Below, piece after piece: positions 1 to 10,740 of a stretch of DNA of 64,000 nt (the first letter of the stretch is position 1; every line of letters starts with the position of its first letter). This stretch comes from Cyanophora paradoxa CCMP329 (lineage: Eukaryota; Plantae; Glaucophyta), in contig QPMI01000034.1 in NCBI GenBank assembly GCA_004431415.1, positions 30,753 to 94,752 of the forward strand, read 5' to 3'. The position numbers were made by a program, and so were the translations under genes. The notes below the pieces were generated by a model. It was given only the letters and a program-made list of their open reading frames with translations. It was not told the origin of the DNA and made no database searches.

Positions 1-567
1 TCCAGCTCCTGTGGCCGGCGTCAGCGAAACAGAGAAGGGCCGAGCGGATGCGCAGGCGGCGACCCCAGGCGGAGATTCCCACTTTATGATGCTCTGTTTA
101 GTGACGCCGCTGGCTTTAGGGCTTGGGCCAGGGCCCAGGGCCGGCCTTAGCTGGCAGGGTCGTTCGGGGTGACCCGCCGGTCGATTAGAGAGCACGCTTC
201 TGCCCCATGCTGCTCACCTGCCTACTTGCATACTCCTTGAACTCAACGCTGCCAGGGTGCGTGCGCCGCCTTAGCTGGACTGGGCATCACTTGGGCGGGT
301 GTCGCACCTCACGAGCTTGGCGTCCATAGGCCCGCCGGGGCGGGATCAAGCTAGCTACAGCTTTCTCTCCTTGCACAAGTTGTCAGCCTGTTTCAGCGGT
401 CGTGTTAACCCTAGCCTCTTGTTTGTTTGCCACTCTACCCCCAGCAAAGTTGCCGATAACCGTGCCTTCTGCCTCGGCCTGCTTTTCGAGCATCTGCGTG
501 CCTTTTCCCAGGCTTTGAACATCATCCATTGCTGAACGGAGCTAGCTTTCGCCCAACGGACCTTACA
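1..567. mobile_element. Possible LTR terminus of another retroelement, truncated by the window start
   Basis: Non-genic, lower-GC block ending in CCTTACA (561-567). Its reverse complement TGTAAG is the same hexamer that starts the Gypsy element at 45949. No partner LTR is visible. Confidence 0.3.
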
Positions 568-783
568 AGCTCCTGCACTGCCGCGCAGTGCGGCAGTTAC
601 TCTAGATCTTCACCCCTTCGCATCGACCTGGTCCGCCGGCTTCCATTTCGCTAAACAACTTGCAATTTGATTGCTATCCTGACGATCAGCAGGCCGGCGC
701 CGGTCGAGGACAGTAATTCCCCGTTGCCTTGCCCCTGCTGACGGCCCGAGGCTTGCAAACGAACCCGTCTCTCGCGCATCAAG

Positions 784-2130
784 ATGGCGTCGCCGGCTAA
801 CTCGTCCGACGGAGGGGACGCCGTGCTGCTGGAGCCGACGCTGAGCGCCCTGAAGCGGAGGGCCTCCACGGGGAGCCCCCTGGACCAGCTCAAGTTCGGC
901 GGCAAGCGCTCCTCCGTCGTGGAGACCGTCGTCGGCCTCGACGAGCGTGCGCGGGACGCCCCCCTCGCCCGCACCCAAGCGGCCACCGCTGACGGCGGCG
1001 GCTCCGGACAGACGCGGACCAGTACGCGATGCTGGCGCGCTCGTTCCTGGCCAAGCTCGAGGAGCAGTCCGTGCAGCTCGCGCGCTCCCGCGAGGACGCC
1101 TCCTGCCGCCTCGAGGTCCGCGGCGGCCCCGCCGGGGCGGCGCGGTGACGCGCGCGCCGAGGGCGGGGCGGGGCGGGGCGCAGGCGTCGCAGGACAGCGC
1201 GCTGCTGGCGGCGTGCGAGGCGTCGGTGGCGGCGGCCGCCGAGGAGGAGAAGGCCGCCGCCGTCGCGCGCGCGAACCGGGAGGCGCTGCGGCTGCGGCAC
1301 GCGATCGCGAAGGGGCGGAAGGAGTGGGAGAAGCAGCGGGGGCGGCTGGAGCGGGAGGAGCGGACGCTGGCGGCGGCGGAGGAGCAGCGGCAGAAGGCGG
1401 AGGCGGGGTACCTGGCGGCGCAGCGCAAGTGGGCGCTGCAGACGAGCGAGAAGCAGAGCCTCGAGGAGGAGCTCGCCGCCATCCAGAAGGCCGTCGCCGA
1501 CGCCCAGCTCCGCCGCCGCGTCATCGCCCAGGAGGTGCCCCGCCCCGCCCCGCCCCGCCCCGCCCCGCCCCGCCCGGGACGCTGGGCCCGACGGGGGGGG
1601 CGGCGCGCAGACGGAGGAGGCGCAGCGGCAGCTGCGGGAGTGCAACACGCGGTACTACCAGGAGTCCCAGCGGATGGCGCTCGAGGCGAAGAAGGCGACG
1701 GAGCTGCGGCAGGCGATCGTCAAGGCCCGCAAGGAGCGCGAGCGCATGGACGCCCTCGCCCGCCTCGAGCAGGAGGCGGCCAACGGGCTCGTGCGGGAGC
1801 GCGTGGAGACGGCGGCGCGCCTCGAGCGCGAGATGGCCGCCCACGTCGAGGCCATGGAGCGCCTCACCGTCCTCGCCGCCGCCGACGCCCCGCCCCGCCC
1901 CCCCGCCTCCGCCTCCCCGCCCGCCACGCCGACCAAGCCGCTCGCCCCCGCCACCCCGGAGCGCGCCAGGCTGGCCCCTCGGTGGGGCGGCGGCGGGGCC
2001 GTCGAGCGCGGGGTCGACGCCGGAGCGGCGGGGCTCGGCGGCGCGCCTGCTGGCCTCGTGGGGCCTGCGCCCCATGGAGGCCGGCCCCGACGCCTACCCC
2101 GCACCCTGCGCCCCCTGGCCCGCCTCCTGA
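784..2130 (+). CDS. Spliced hypothetical coiled-coil protein
   Basis: aagATGG start. GT-AG introns at about 947-1010, 1115-1183 and 1535-1610 join MASPANSS...GLDE / ADQYAMLARS...RLE / ASQDSALL...IAQE / TEEAQRQL...; long E/R/A/Q helical stretches. The 3' end is uncertain. Confidence 0.7.
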   Translation: MASPANSSDGGDAVLLEPTLSALKRRASTGSPLDQLKFGGKRSSVVETVVGLDERARDAPLARTQAATADGGGSGQTRTSTRCWRARSWPSSRSSPCSSRAPARTPPAASRSAAAPPGRRGDARAEGGAGRGAGVAGQRAAGGVRGVGGGGRRGGEGRRRRAREPGGAAAAARDREGAEGVGEAAGAAGAGGADAGGGGGAAAEGGGGVPGGAAQVGAADEREAEPRGGARRHPEGRRRRPAPPPRHRPGGAPPRPAPPRPAPPGTLGPTGGAARRRRRRSGSCGSATRGTTRSPSGWRSRRRRRRSCGRRSSRPARSASAWTPSPASSRRRPTGSCGSAWRRRRASSARWPPTSRPWSASPSSPPPTPRPAPPPPPPRPPRRPSRSPPPPRSAPGWPLGGAAAGPSSAGSTPERRGSAARLLASWGLRPMEAGPDAYPAPCAPWPAS

Positions 2131-3028
2131 GCCAGCCCCGCCCCGCCCCCTCGCCGCCTTCAGATCTCCCACATTTACAGGGGGGCCCCCGCCCCGGGCG
2201 CTGCCCCTTACGCGCTGTAGCTCTTGATCTTGAAATCGAAGCCCTCAGCTGTACTACGGTAGTCGCCAGCTGTCAGGTCGATTTCTTTTCTTTGAATGCG
2301 TGTTTTCGTATCCGTATGCACAGACTTCGCCCAGAAACACCGTAGTTCTAGAAATTACGAAGTTAGAAGAGCTCCCGGAGTCCGCTGCAGACATCGCTAG
2401 CGCTGGTTTTCTTTTTCTTTGAACCTGTTTTTCGGTTCGTATCGGTATACGTATACGTACTACGGTATGTCCGGGACCAAATATCATAGTATGCTCATGA
2501 ACTTCATGATCAAGGCTTCGAAATTCAGAACTCTCATGGCATATGCATGCATTGTTGCCTTAGTAGTTAGGCCGGGCCATTGGCCAATGATTCATGCTCT
2601 GAGAGTCAAGACTCGGACTCGGGATATTGATGTACATGTAGGCACTGATCATGATCCGATGATCATCGGATCACAAGCTTTCAGGTCTCAGAGTCTCGCG
2701 AGATCATCGCGTCCGACGGTCGAATCGAGCTTCAAGGCTTCAAGGGCTCCGGGCTTGCCAGGCCCGGCGGCCCCGGCGGGCCGGGTTCCCCTTTGAATCT
2801 GTTAAACTTCAAGGCTTGTTAACGTTAAACGAATCTGTCACAGTGTTCATCGGATCCGATATCGATGATCTTCGGATCATGAACTTCGGAAGCCATGATC
2901 AGTGTTTCAAGTTTATCGGATATCACAGTATCGATAATGTACAATGTGACATTACGCAGCCTGGCAGCCTAGACTAGTACTGGTAGCAGCCTGTGCATGC
3001 TGGCAGGCTCGAGCCAGAGCGTACTAAG

Positions 3029-3881
3029 TTACGGTACCGACCGTACGGTCGCGTAATTATATCGCGTGCTTGAGGAGGGGCGGCGGCAGGCCCGGGAGCA
3101 GAGGAGGAGCCCGCCGCCTCGGAAGGCTCGCAGTGCTCGCCGCCGCTGCCGGCCGCGAGAAGGCCGCGGCGCAGCTCGCCGGCCGCTGCCCGCCGCCGTC
3201 ACCCCGAGCCGGCGCACTCCCCGCGACCCCCGCGCACACCGCCGCGTCGCGCTGCAGGCCAGCGCTGCGCCCAGGCGGCTTCAGCGGCGGGCCGTGGTCC
3301 GAGCGCGCGGCCTCGGGAGCCGCACGTGGAGTGGGCGTAGGCGCCAACGTACTCGGCGAGGACGAGGCGGTAGGCCCGGTTGTGCCACCCCACGAGGAAT
3401 GCCCCCGCACACAGCCCCGTCTGCAGGCGCGTCAGAAGCGGCCGGGGGCGGGCGGGGGCGGAAGGGGCGGGGCGGGGCGCTACCCGGAGGAGCAGGCAAA
3501 GACGTCTTGAGCAGCGTCTTGGCGTCTTGAGAGGACCACCCGCGACGCCATCGCGCACGCCGCCAGCGAGAGCAGCTGCAGCTGCCCCAGCCGCTCGTCC
3601 GAGCTCGTCGCGTTCAGGCCCTGCAGATCCACAAAGCCCCTCACCATTCGATACGCGCAGCTCCGTTGGTAGACCTGCCGCTCCGTTGGTACGCGCAGGC
3701 GGAGCCTGCAAGCGCGTGGCACCATCATCACGGCTGTGCGTCCACGCGCGCGGTTTGCAGCAGCGTCGCCCGTAGCCGCATTCACTCCAGAGCGCTCCCA
3801 CTTCAAGACGCCCTCATTCAACTCCGGCGCGCTTTCGCGAGTGCGTAGAAGAGGCACGGCGACTGGCAGCGGGTTCTCCAT
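3029..3881 (-). CDS. Possible spliced hypothetical protein
   Basis: ATG at 3881 (MENPLPVAVPLL...). Intron-like C-rich tracts flank an exon-like segment TGLCAGAFLVGWHNRAYRLVLAEYVGAYAHS. No family recognised. Confidence 0.3.
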
Positions 3882-3935
3882 CGAGCTCTGCGATAGCAGG
3901 CCAGCCGTAGGCGCCGACGAGCACAATGAAGGTGG

Positions 3936-4837
3936 ATGTCGCAAGTGCCCACAGGCGACGTCGGACTCTCATCTCGTCGACCTGCACAGGAAGGGGGAGC
4001 TAACCCGGCTGGGGTAGAGAGTACACGAGGGCCGGGGTAAGCGAAACAGAGTGGGAACCGCGTCCTCGATCCGATTCCTCGCATTCCGTTTAGAGCCGAC
4101 GTCGAAAGCAACCGTGTTCAGAGAGCCCGCGCCGACAGCCATGACTACAATGCAGCCGCCGCGCGCCGAGCTACCAGGCACCGAGCAGCTGCACAGCGCA
4201 CAGGCCGCCCAGCGCTCGGGACGGACTGGAGTGTTTTGCGGCGGCATGGGGGACGCGCCGCGGGTGCCCGCTTTCATTCGAACAGCGCCGCCGCGCCAAC
4301 TGCACCGACCGCCGCCCAGAGCGCAGGACGGGTGGCGTGGAGCTGGACCAAGTGGGGAGGCCAGAAAGTGTTCAACGGTGCGGACCGAGCGCGCTGGCAC
4401 GCCGCTCGGCGGCTCGCGCCGACGCCGAGCGCTCACAGGCATGTGGTACTTGGGCGAGACGTTCGCGAGCATTCTGGGCCTGTACAACTCGAAGTACCAG
4501 GACGTGCTCGACGAGTACCTTCGGATCAAGCAGAAGGTGCCGGCCCGCCGCGCCGTCGACGACGACCGCCGGGCCGCCCGCACCAACGGTGCCCGGCGCC
4601 CACCGCGCGCAGGAGATGGAGGAGGCGAACAGGAAGCTGGCGGAGGAGCAGGCGAAGCTCGCGCAGAAGGACCGCGAGGCGTCCGAGATGGAGGGCGGCG
4701 ACGCGCCGCGGACCCGCTCCGCCTCGGCCGGCGGCGTCGGCGTCGAGATGCGGGAGGGGCCCGGCGCCCCGAGCGCCTCCCCCATCCAGCTCCAGCTCCG
4801 CAGCGCGGCGGACGGCGGCGCCGGCGTCGCTGTGTAG
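3936..4837 (+). CDS. FAM177: FAM177 family protein
   Basis: The spliced product contains WTKWGGQKVFNGMWYLGETFASILGLYNSKYQDVLDEYLRIKQKEMEE, matching the FAM177 signature (LGExxAxxLGIxxxKYQYxIDEY followed by an acidic coiled coil). About 5 GT-AG introns; TAG at 4835-4837. Confidence 0.75.
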
Positions 4838-5056
4838 CGCGCAGCAGCTCCTCCCGCCCTTCCCGCCCTCGGGCCTCCCGCCTCCCCGACCCCCGTCCCC
4901 ACTCGCCGCCGCCCAGCCCCCTCGAGCCCCAAACCAACTCGTTCCACCCGCCTCTCTCGACCCCACCTCTGGCTCCGCGCCCCCTTGCACCGCCAGACCT
5001 CGCCCCGCCCCTCGAACCAGAACCAGCACCCGTGCTTTCAAATGTACAGGCTAGTA

Positions 5057-7597
5057 CTAGTCGAGCTCGACGAGGTGGGCGGGGGCCGGGGGCGCGCAGC
5101 AGTCGGCGACGCTGCCGGCGGCGGGCCGCAGGACGGCGCAGCGCGGGTGCAGGGCCTGCACGAGGGCGCCGCAGGGGCGCGCCCCCGGGCCGCGGCCCGG
5201 GGCGAGGACGACGAGCTGGGCGGAGGCGCGGACGGCGGCGAGGCGGGGGCAGGCCTCGGCGGAGAGGCGGGCGAGGGCGAGGCAGGCCTCCGCCGAGACG
5301 CGCTCCAGGCGCGGGCAGGCGACTACGGCGAGCTCGCGCAGGCCGCCGGCCGCCAGCACGGCGAGGGACTCGAGGCGGGGGCCCCGCGCAGCTCGAGGCG
5401 CTCGAGCAGGGGGCAGCCGGCGAGCTCGAGGCGCTCGAGGCGGGGCAGGCGGCGGGGAGGGCGGCGAGGAAGGGGGCGCGGGCGACGTGGGCGGCGCCGG
5501 AAAGGCGGAGGGAGCGGAGGGCGGGGCAGCGGAGCTCCAGGCGCCGGAACTGGGCGCTCGGGTCCAGAAAGGCCCGCGCGGGGGCCCCGCGGCGCTCGCC
5601 GGCGAGGGGCGGGCGAGGAGGACGGGGGCGTGGGAGCCCTCGTCGGCGGCGCGCGGGGCCGGCGGGCGCCCCGGCTCGTCCCCCGCGCACACCTCGAGCT
5701 CCCGCAGGGCGGGGCAGTCGAGGGCGAGCAGGGAGGGGGCCTCGGGGAGGGAGGGGGCGGCGGAGAGGCCGGCCAGGCGGAGGCGGCGGAGGGCCGGGGA
5801 GGCGATGCGGAGGGCGACGGGGTAGGGCGGCCCCTCGAAGTGCACGTCCTCGAGGGCGAGGGAGGTGAGGGCGGGGAAGCCGAAGGGCCCGAGGAGGGCG
5901 CGGGGGAGGAGCGAGTCGGCGAGGGCGGGGCCGCCGGGGGCGGCGCCAGCGCGAGCTCGCGGAGGCGGCGGCGGCGGCGGCGTCGCAGGCGAGGCCGGCG
6001 AGGGCCTCCCCGGGCCGGCCGCGAGCCGCGCCACGCCCCGCAGCGCCGCCCGCTCCACAGCCGGGCACTCCACGAGCTCCACCGCGGGCCGGCCTCGGGG
6101 GCCCAGCCGCAGGGCGCCCACGCCTCCCGCTCGCGGTGCTCGTCGCAGGAGGAGGACGGGGAGGAGGGGCGGGCGGGCGGTGGGCGTGGGCGTGGGCGGC
6201 GGCGAGGGAGAGAACGCGGAGGCGGGGCAGCGGGTCGCGCGGAGGGCGCAGGGCCCGGGGCCTCGACGCGGAGGGCGAGCTCCTCGAGGGCGGGGCAGCC
6301 GGCCGCCCCCGCCCGCAGCGCGGCGAAGCCCGGGCCCTCCAGCGCCACCCGCCGCGCCTTGTGCGCCGGCCCCAGGCTCACCGAGGCGGCGACGGGCCGG
6401 AGGAAGCCCGGCGGGAGGCCTCCGATGCAGAGCTGCGCGCGGCGGCGTGAGGGGCGGCGGGCGGGCGGGCGGGGCGGGGGCACCTCCTCGAGCCGCTCCA
6501 GGCCGGGCCCGAGCTCCACAACCGGCGGTGGGCCCTCCGCCCCGCCCCGCCCCAGCGCGCTGCCCCACGCGCCGCCGCGGATGCGGAGGACGCGGAGGGA
6601 GGGGAGGGCGGCGCAGAGCTCGGGGAGGGGCGGGAGGCGGCCGGTGTCGCCCCAGTGCGGGAGGGCCACGTCGAGGCAGGCGAGGCGCGGCAGGCAGCTC
6701 CGGAGGCTCTCGGGGGGAGCAGCGCCGCGCCGGGCGGGGCCTCCTCCTCGAGCCCGCCGGCGCGGGCGACGACGGCGAGCCGCTCGAGGCGCGCGAGGGC
6801 GCTGCTCCTCGCGAGGACCGCCCGCACGGTCTCCGGCGGCGCGACCAGCGCCTCCAGCTCCGAGCGGCGCGCGACCAGCGCCTGCGCCACGGCGCCCGCC
6901 TGCGGGCACCCGACCACCCGCCGCAGGGCCCGCGCGCTGCCGCCCGGTCATGATCAGATGCAACGCGCCGCTTTTGATCATGGGGGCGCACTTCGAGATG
7001 AGCGCAGCGGTGGGCAGCTGCGCGTTGGATGGCACAGGGGCCGGGTCCTCTCCGAAGCGCAGCTCCTCCAGCTGAGGGAAGAGGCTGTGGAAGCGCGCCG
7101 CCTCCGCAACCGACGCCGGCGCGCGGAAGCGCTCCAGGCTCACTGCAGCGGCGTTGAGATGATCCCGGCGATACGGAAGCCGCGGGGCGCACCGATCTTA
7201 ATCGCCGCCGAATCCTCGAAGCGCGCGGCGAGCGCCAGAAGGTCCGCGAAGCGAAGAGACCGAGGTGCATCGACTCCGGGAGGCAGCAGTGACAGCGTGT
7301 GGCGCTCCCAAACAGCACGAGACAGCGCAATCCTGCGACGGGGACGTGAGGGGGACAGCGCATGCGCAGTGCGCTTGCGGGGCCTGAGCGCGCGAACCTC
7401 CTGAGCCGAGCGCACACGAGCGCCACGTTCACCAGAATCTCGTAATCGTTGAGCTGGGCGACAACAATTTCGAGAAGGCGGTCCGGCAGCTGCAGCAGAG
7501 CGAGCGGCGTCGGCTCGAGCTCCGCATCGCTCCCTCCGCCTTCGTCCTCTGCAGCGCTCGCGGGGCGTTTCCGGCCGCGGGAGCTGCTCGAGCTCAT
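5057..7597 (-). CDS. F-box / leucine-rich-repeat protein
   Basis: N-terminal F-box LLQLPDRLLEIVVAQLNDYEILVNVALVCARLRRFA, followed by many LxxLxLxxC repeats (CPALEELAL, CPALRSLRL, CPRLERVS). Several frame breaks are present. Confidence 0.85.
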   Translation of the reverse strand: MSSSSSRGRKRPASAAEDEGGGSDAELEPTPLALLQLPDRLLEIVVAQLNDYEILVNVALVCARLRRFARSGPASALRMRCPPHVPVAGLRCLVLFGSATRCHCCLPESMHLGLFASRTFWRSPRASRIRRRLRSVRPAASVSPGSSQRRCSEPGALPRAGVGCGGGALPQPLPSAGGAALRRGPGPCAIQRAAAHRCAHLEVRPHDQKRRVASDHDRAAARGPCGGWSGARRRAPWRRRWSRAARSWRRWSRRRRPCGRSSRGAAPSRASSGSPSSPAPAGSRRRPRPARRCSPREPPELPAAPRLPRRGPPALGRHRPPPAPPRALRRPPLPPRPPHPRRRVGQRAGAGRGGGPTAGCGARARPGAARGGAPAPPARPPPLTPPRAALHRRPPAGLPPARRRLGEPGAGAQGAAGGAGGPGLRRAAGGGGRLPRPRGARPPRRGPGPCALRATRCPASAFSPSPPPTPTPTARPPLLPVLLLRRAPRAGGVGALRLGPRGRPAVELVECPAVERAALRGVARLAAGPGRPSPASPATPPPPPPPRARAGAAPGGPALADSLLPRALLGPFGFPALTSLALEDVHFEGPPYPVALRIASPALRRLRLAGLSAAPSLPEAPSLLALDCPALRELEVCAGDEPGRPPAPRAADEGSHAPVLLARPSPASAAGPPRGPFWTRAPSSGAWSSAAPPSAPSAFPAPPTSPAPPSSPPSPPPAPPRAPRARRLPPARAPRAARGPRLESLAVLAAGGLRELAVVACPRLERVSAEACLALARLSAEACPRLAAVRASAQLVVLAPGRGPGARPCGALVQALHPRCAVLRPAAGSVADCCAPPAPAHLVELD

Positions 7598-7745
7598 GGT
7601 GGCGACGGCTCTTCACAGTGTGCGCGGCAATGCGCCAAGTGCCCTCTGTACCCCCCATCAAGCCAACCTTCTACCCCTAGCCTGTAGGCCTCTCGTACCC
7701 CCCTCTTACTTTTTTGCGGTGGGGTTTTTGGTGGGTAATTCATGA

Positions 7746-9587
7746 TCAGGGCCCCGGGCGTGGGGCGGAGGTGGGGGCGCCATGGCCAGCTGCAGCTGCA
7801 GGCGCGCCCTGCTCGGCCGCGCCGCGGGCCAGGGAGACGCCCCTGTGGTGGGGAACGGAGGGCCGCACGAACGTGTGGAAGCTGCGGGCGGGGCGTGAGC
7901 TGCAGGCGCGCGGACGGGGCGGGGCGGGGCGGGCGGGTGGTGGCGGGGCGGACGTGTCGTGCCAGAGGTCGCCGAAGGCGAGGGCGCGCGAGAGGCGGGC
8001 CAGCAGCAGCGGCTCCTCCGCCTCCGCCTCCGCCTCCTCGTCCCCCGCCGACGAGGGCAGCGTCCCGTACGCCGCCGTGGGCGTCGGCGTGCGCGGGGCG
8101 GCGCGGTGGCGCCCCGGCTCGAACTGCTCGGCGCTGAAGGCCACGCTGAAGACCGCCGCCGCCAGGAACATCTGCCGCCGCCGCTCGGTTCCGGCGCGGG
8201 GCGCGGGCCTAGGGCGGCGGGCGGGCGGGCCTCGAGGCAGATGAGGAAGCCCTGGATGCCGATGGCGACGTTGCGCTGCTCGAAGGGCGGCACCGGCACG
8301 ATGTACCCCATCCGGAAGAGCGCCGCGATCACCACGCCTGCGATCCGGGGCGCGTGGGCGGGGCGCGGGCGGCGAGGGGCGGCGGCGCCTGCCGCGGCTC
8401 ACGCACCCTGCCAGAAGTTGAAGAAGACGATCCACTGCGCGGCGGGTCAGGCGCCGGGGGCCGGGGGGGGGGCGGCGGGGGCGGGGCGGGCCTTGATGCA
8501 GAAGAACTTGAGGACGGGGTAGAAGGGCCCGAGCTCGGGGCGGAGGACCCAGTAGAAGGAGGCGAGGGCGTACATCGCCGTCGAGATCGACGCGTTCTCC
8601 AGCACCAGCAGGTAGATGTACGCCCGGTCCTGCCCCCCGGCCCCGCCCCGCTCGCCCAGGCGCGGCGGGCGCGGCGGGGCGGGGCGGCGGGGGGAGCGCA
8701 CGGGCTCGAAGACGGTCTCGTTGTACCAGTGGAAGAGCTGGAGGAGGGCGACGGCGACGGCCAGCAGCGGCTTGATGAACACGAACTGCAGCACGCCCTG
8801 CCGGCACCGCAGCAGAAAGCCCGGCCCCTGCCCACGGCGTCGCTCCCGCGGCGGCTGGGGCCAGGGCCGGGAGGGGCGGGTGGGGCGCACGGGCTGGTAG
8901 GGGGGCAGGCAGCAGAGGGGCGGGAAGGGGTGGTAGGGCTCCTTGGCGGCCAGGATGGCCAGCAGCTTCCTCTCCCCGCCCAGGAAGTCTGTGCGCGCGC
9001 GCGTCAGGGCCGGCCGCGCGGGGGAAGGAGCAGTGGACGGGCCGCTGAGCATGGCGAAGAACTGGTAGACGCTGCGGGGCGGGGCGGGCGTCGGGCGGGG
9101 CGAGGAGCAGGGGCCGGCCGCGGGCGGAAAGCGGCGGACATGAAGCCCTGGTAGAAGTCGCGGAGCTGGGGGGGCGCGTGAGGCGCGGGGCGGGCGGGGC
9201 GGCGGGGCGGGTGGGGCACCATGGCGATCCAGTCGGCGGCGCGGGAGAGGTGGAGGGCGTTCCAGAGGGTGACCCAGCTGCTGAGCGAGTAGACGGGCAC
9301 CATGAGGACGATGCGGATCGCCCGCGACTGGATTGTCGGCCGCGTGAACGTCCGCAGGTGGCCCAGGATCGTAACCGTGCTCACGATGCACTGAGATGCG
9401 CGGTCAAGCCGGTTACCGAGGTTAGCACGCATACGTGGGTTCGCACCGCAAGAACTGTGGCGACGCCGGCGACGGAAAGCGACACGCGGTAGTAGTCCAT
9501 GTGCCCAAAAGGCCCGCTGGTAGGCCCATCGTCCCCGCCGGACTCCTCGCCGCCGGCCGGCCGCGGCCACGCCATCAAATTGGCCAT
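7746..9587 (-). CDS. TMEM184: TMEM184 / organic solute transporter Ost-alpha (LAZ1-like) multipass membrane protein
   Basis: Spliced motifs IRIVLMVPVYSLSSW, LRDFYQ, RQGVLQFVFIKPLLA, ISTAMYALASFY, PVLKFFCIK/WIVFFNFWQG, IQGFLICLE/MFLAA. The start could lie further upstream. Confidence 0.9.
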
Positions 9588-10152
9588 GATTGCGCCACTT
9601 CCCGTCAACTCGGTCGACGAAGCTATGCAGTCGACGGTGGGAGATATTCTAGCGCTGCAGACAATGTCTTCGCCGCACGCGTTCAACCAGTCAGCTCCGC
9701 CGTCACGCCTTGCAGCTGGCTTCTGGCGCAGACTCGCGCTTCGCTTCGCGCGAGAAGGCCTAGAGAGGCAAGCTGTCTCCACGTGGCCGAGGTCGGCCGC
9801 CGCCCGGGCTTGGTCGTCGTACGAAGCGCTAGCTTCGTGACGGCAGGAGGCGTGTCTTCGGGTTCACAACAACCCCGCACGCGCTTCCGACCGCTTTCCG
9901 ACACTCAGACTGCCGCTGCAAGCTCAGTTCGGCCGGCGGCCGCGAACCGACGGGTACAACAAACCGAGCGCCTGCATTTCCCTGGTGCTGCTCCTGCTGC
10001 TCGGCTGTGCTCATACAAGAACTGTAGCTAACAGCATCTACTGCACGCTGCATCTGAGGACGAGTCTTGAGAGGCCGTCCGCACATCTCAAATTTCGAGA
10101 GGAGCAGCCTCGGCGCTCAGCCTCGGCGGGGCGGCAGAGCTGCAGTACAGCG

Positions 10153-10683
10153 ATGAGGAATCCGTTCAGCTTCATCTTCACGGTCCGCACCGCCCTCGCG
10201 TCCCTCTAGCTGTTGAGCGGCCGCGTCCACTTTGCGACGCGTTAGAGTACGTGCTGACACGCTGGGTCCAGGGCGTTGTCTTCTCGATAATAGGCTACGC
10301 CGTTGGCATAGCTCTCGAGCGTGTGATCTGGTCGGGGACGCCGCCCACGCCACTGAGCATGCTGCCGAAGCGGATAGGGCGCCGCAACTGCGCCTTCGTG
10401 CAGCTCGCTATCAACATCGTCGTGCTGTACGTCTTCGAGCTACTCGCCCCGAGCTGGGCCGTCGCCCTCACCCTCACAGGTCCGCTGCGCATGGGCCGAG
10501 CCGGCGCCCCTGCCGCCTCCCGTTGGCTCACTCCGCTGCGCGCGCGGGCTGGCAGAGGGCATGCTCTTTCCCGCGGTGCTCTTCGGGGTGCAGGCGAGGA
10601 TGTTCGAAGCGATGGCCGACACGGCGGGGCGGGACGGCACCGGCCCGCTCCTCGGCCGCGCCGCCTCCGATAAGCTCGCATAG
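10153..10683 (+). CDS. Small multipass membrane protein, unknown function
   Basis: MRNPFSFIFT / GVVFSIIGYAVGIALERV...FVQLAINIVVLYVFELL...LTLT / EGMLFPAVLFGVQARMF...KLA*; two GT-AG introns; about three hydrophobic segments. Confidence 0.65.
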
Positions 10684-10740
10684 CCTCAGAGAACCTGCCT
10701 TCATTCTGTACATAACCAACAGCACGCTTTGCTGGGCGGG

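Noticed and set aside
578-606. Helitron 3' end (hairpin plus CTAG)
   Set aside because: CTAG is followed by A rather than T, the spacing is short, and CTAGATCT is common in intergenic DNA throughout the window.
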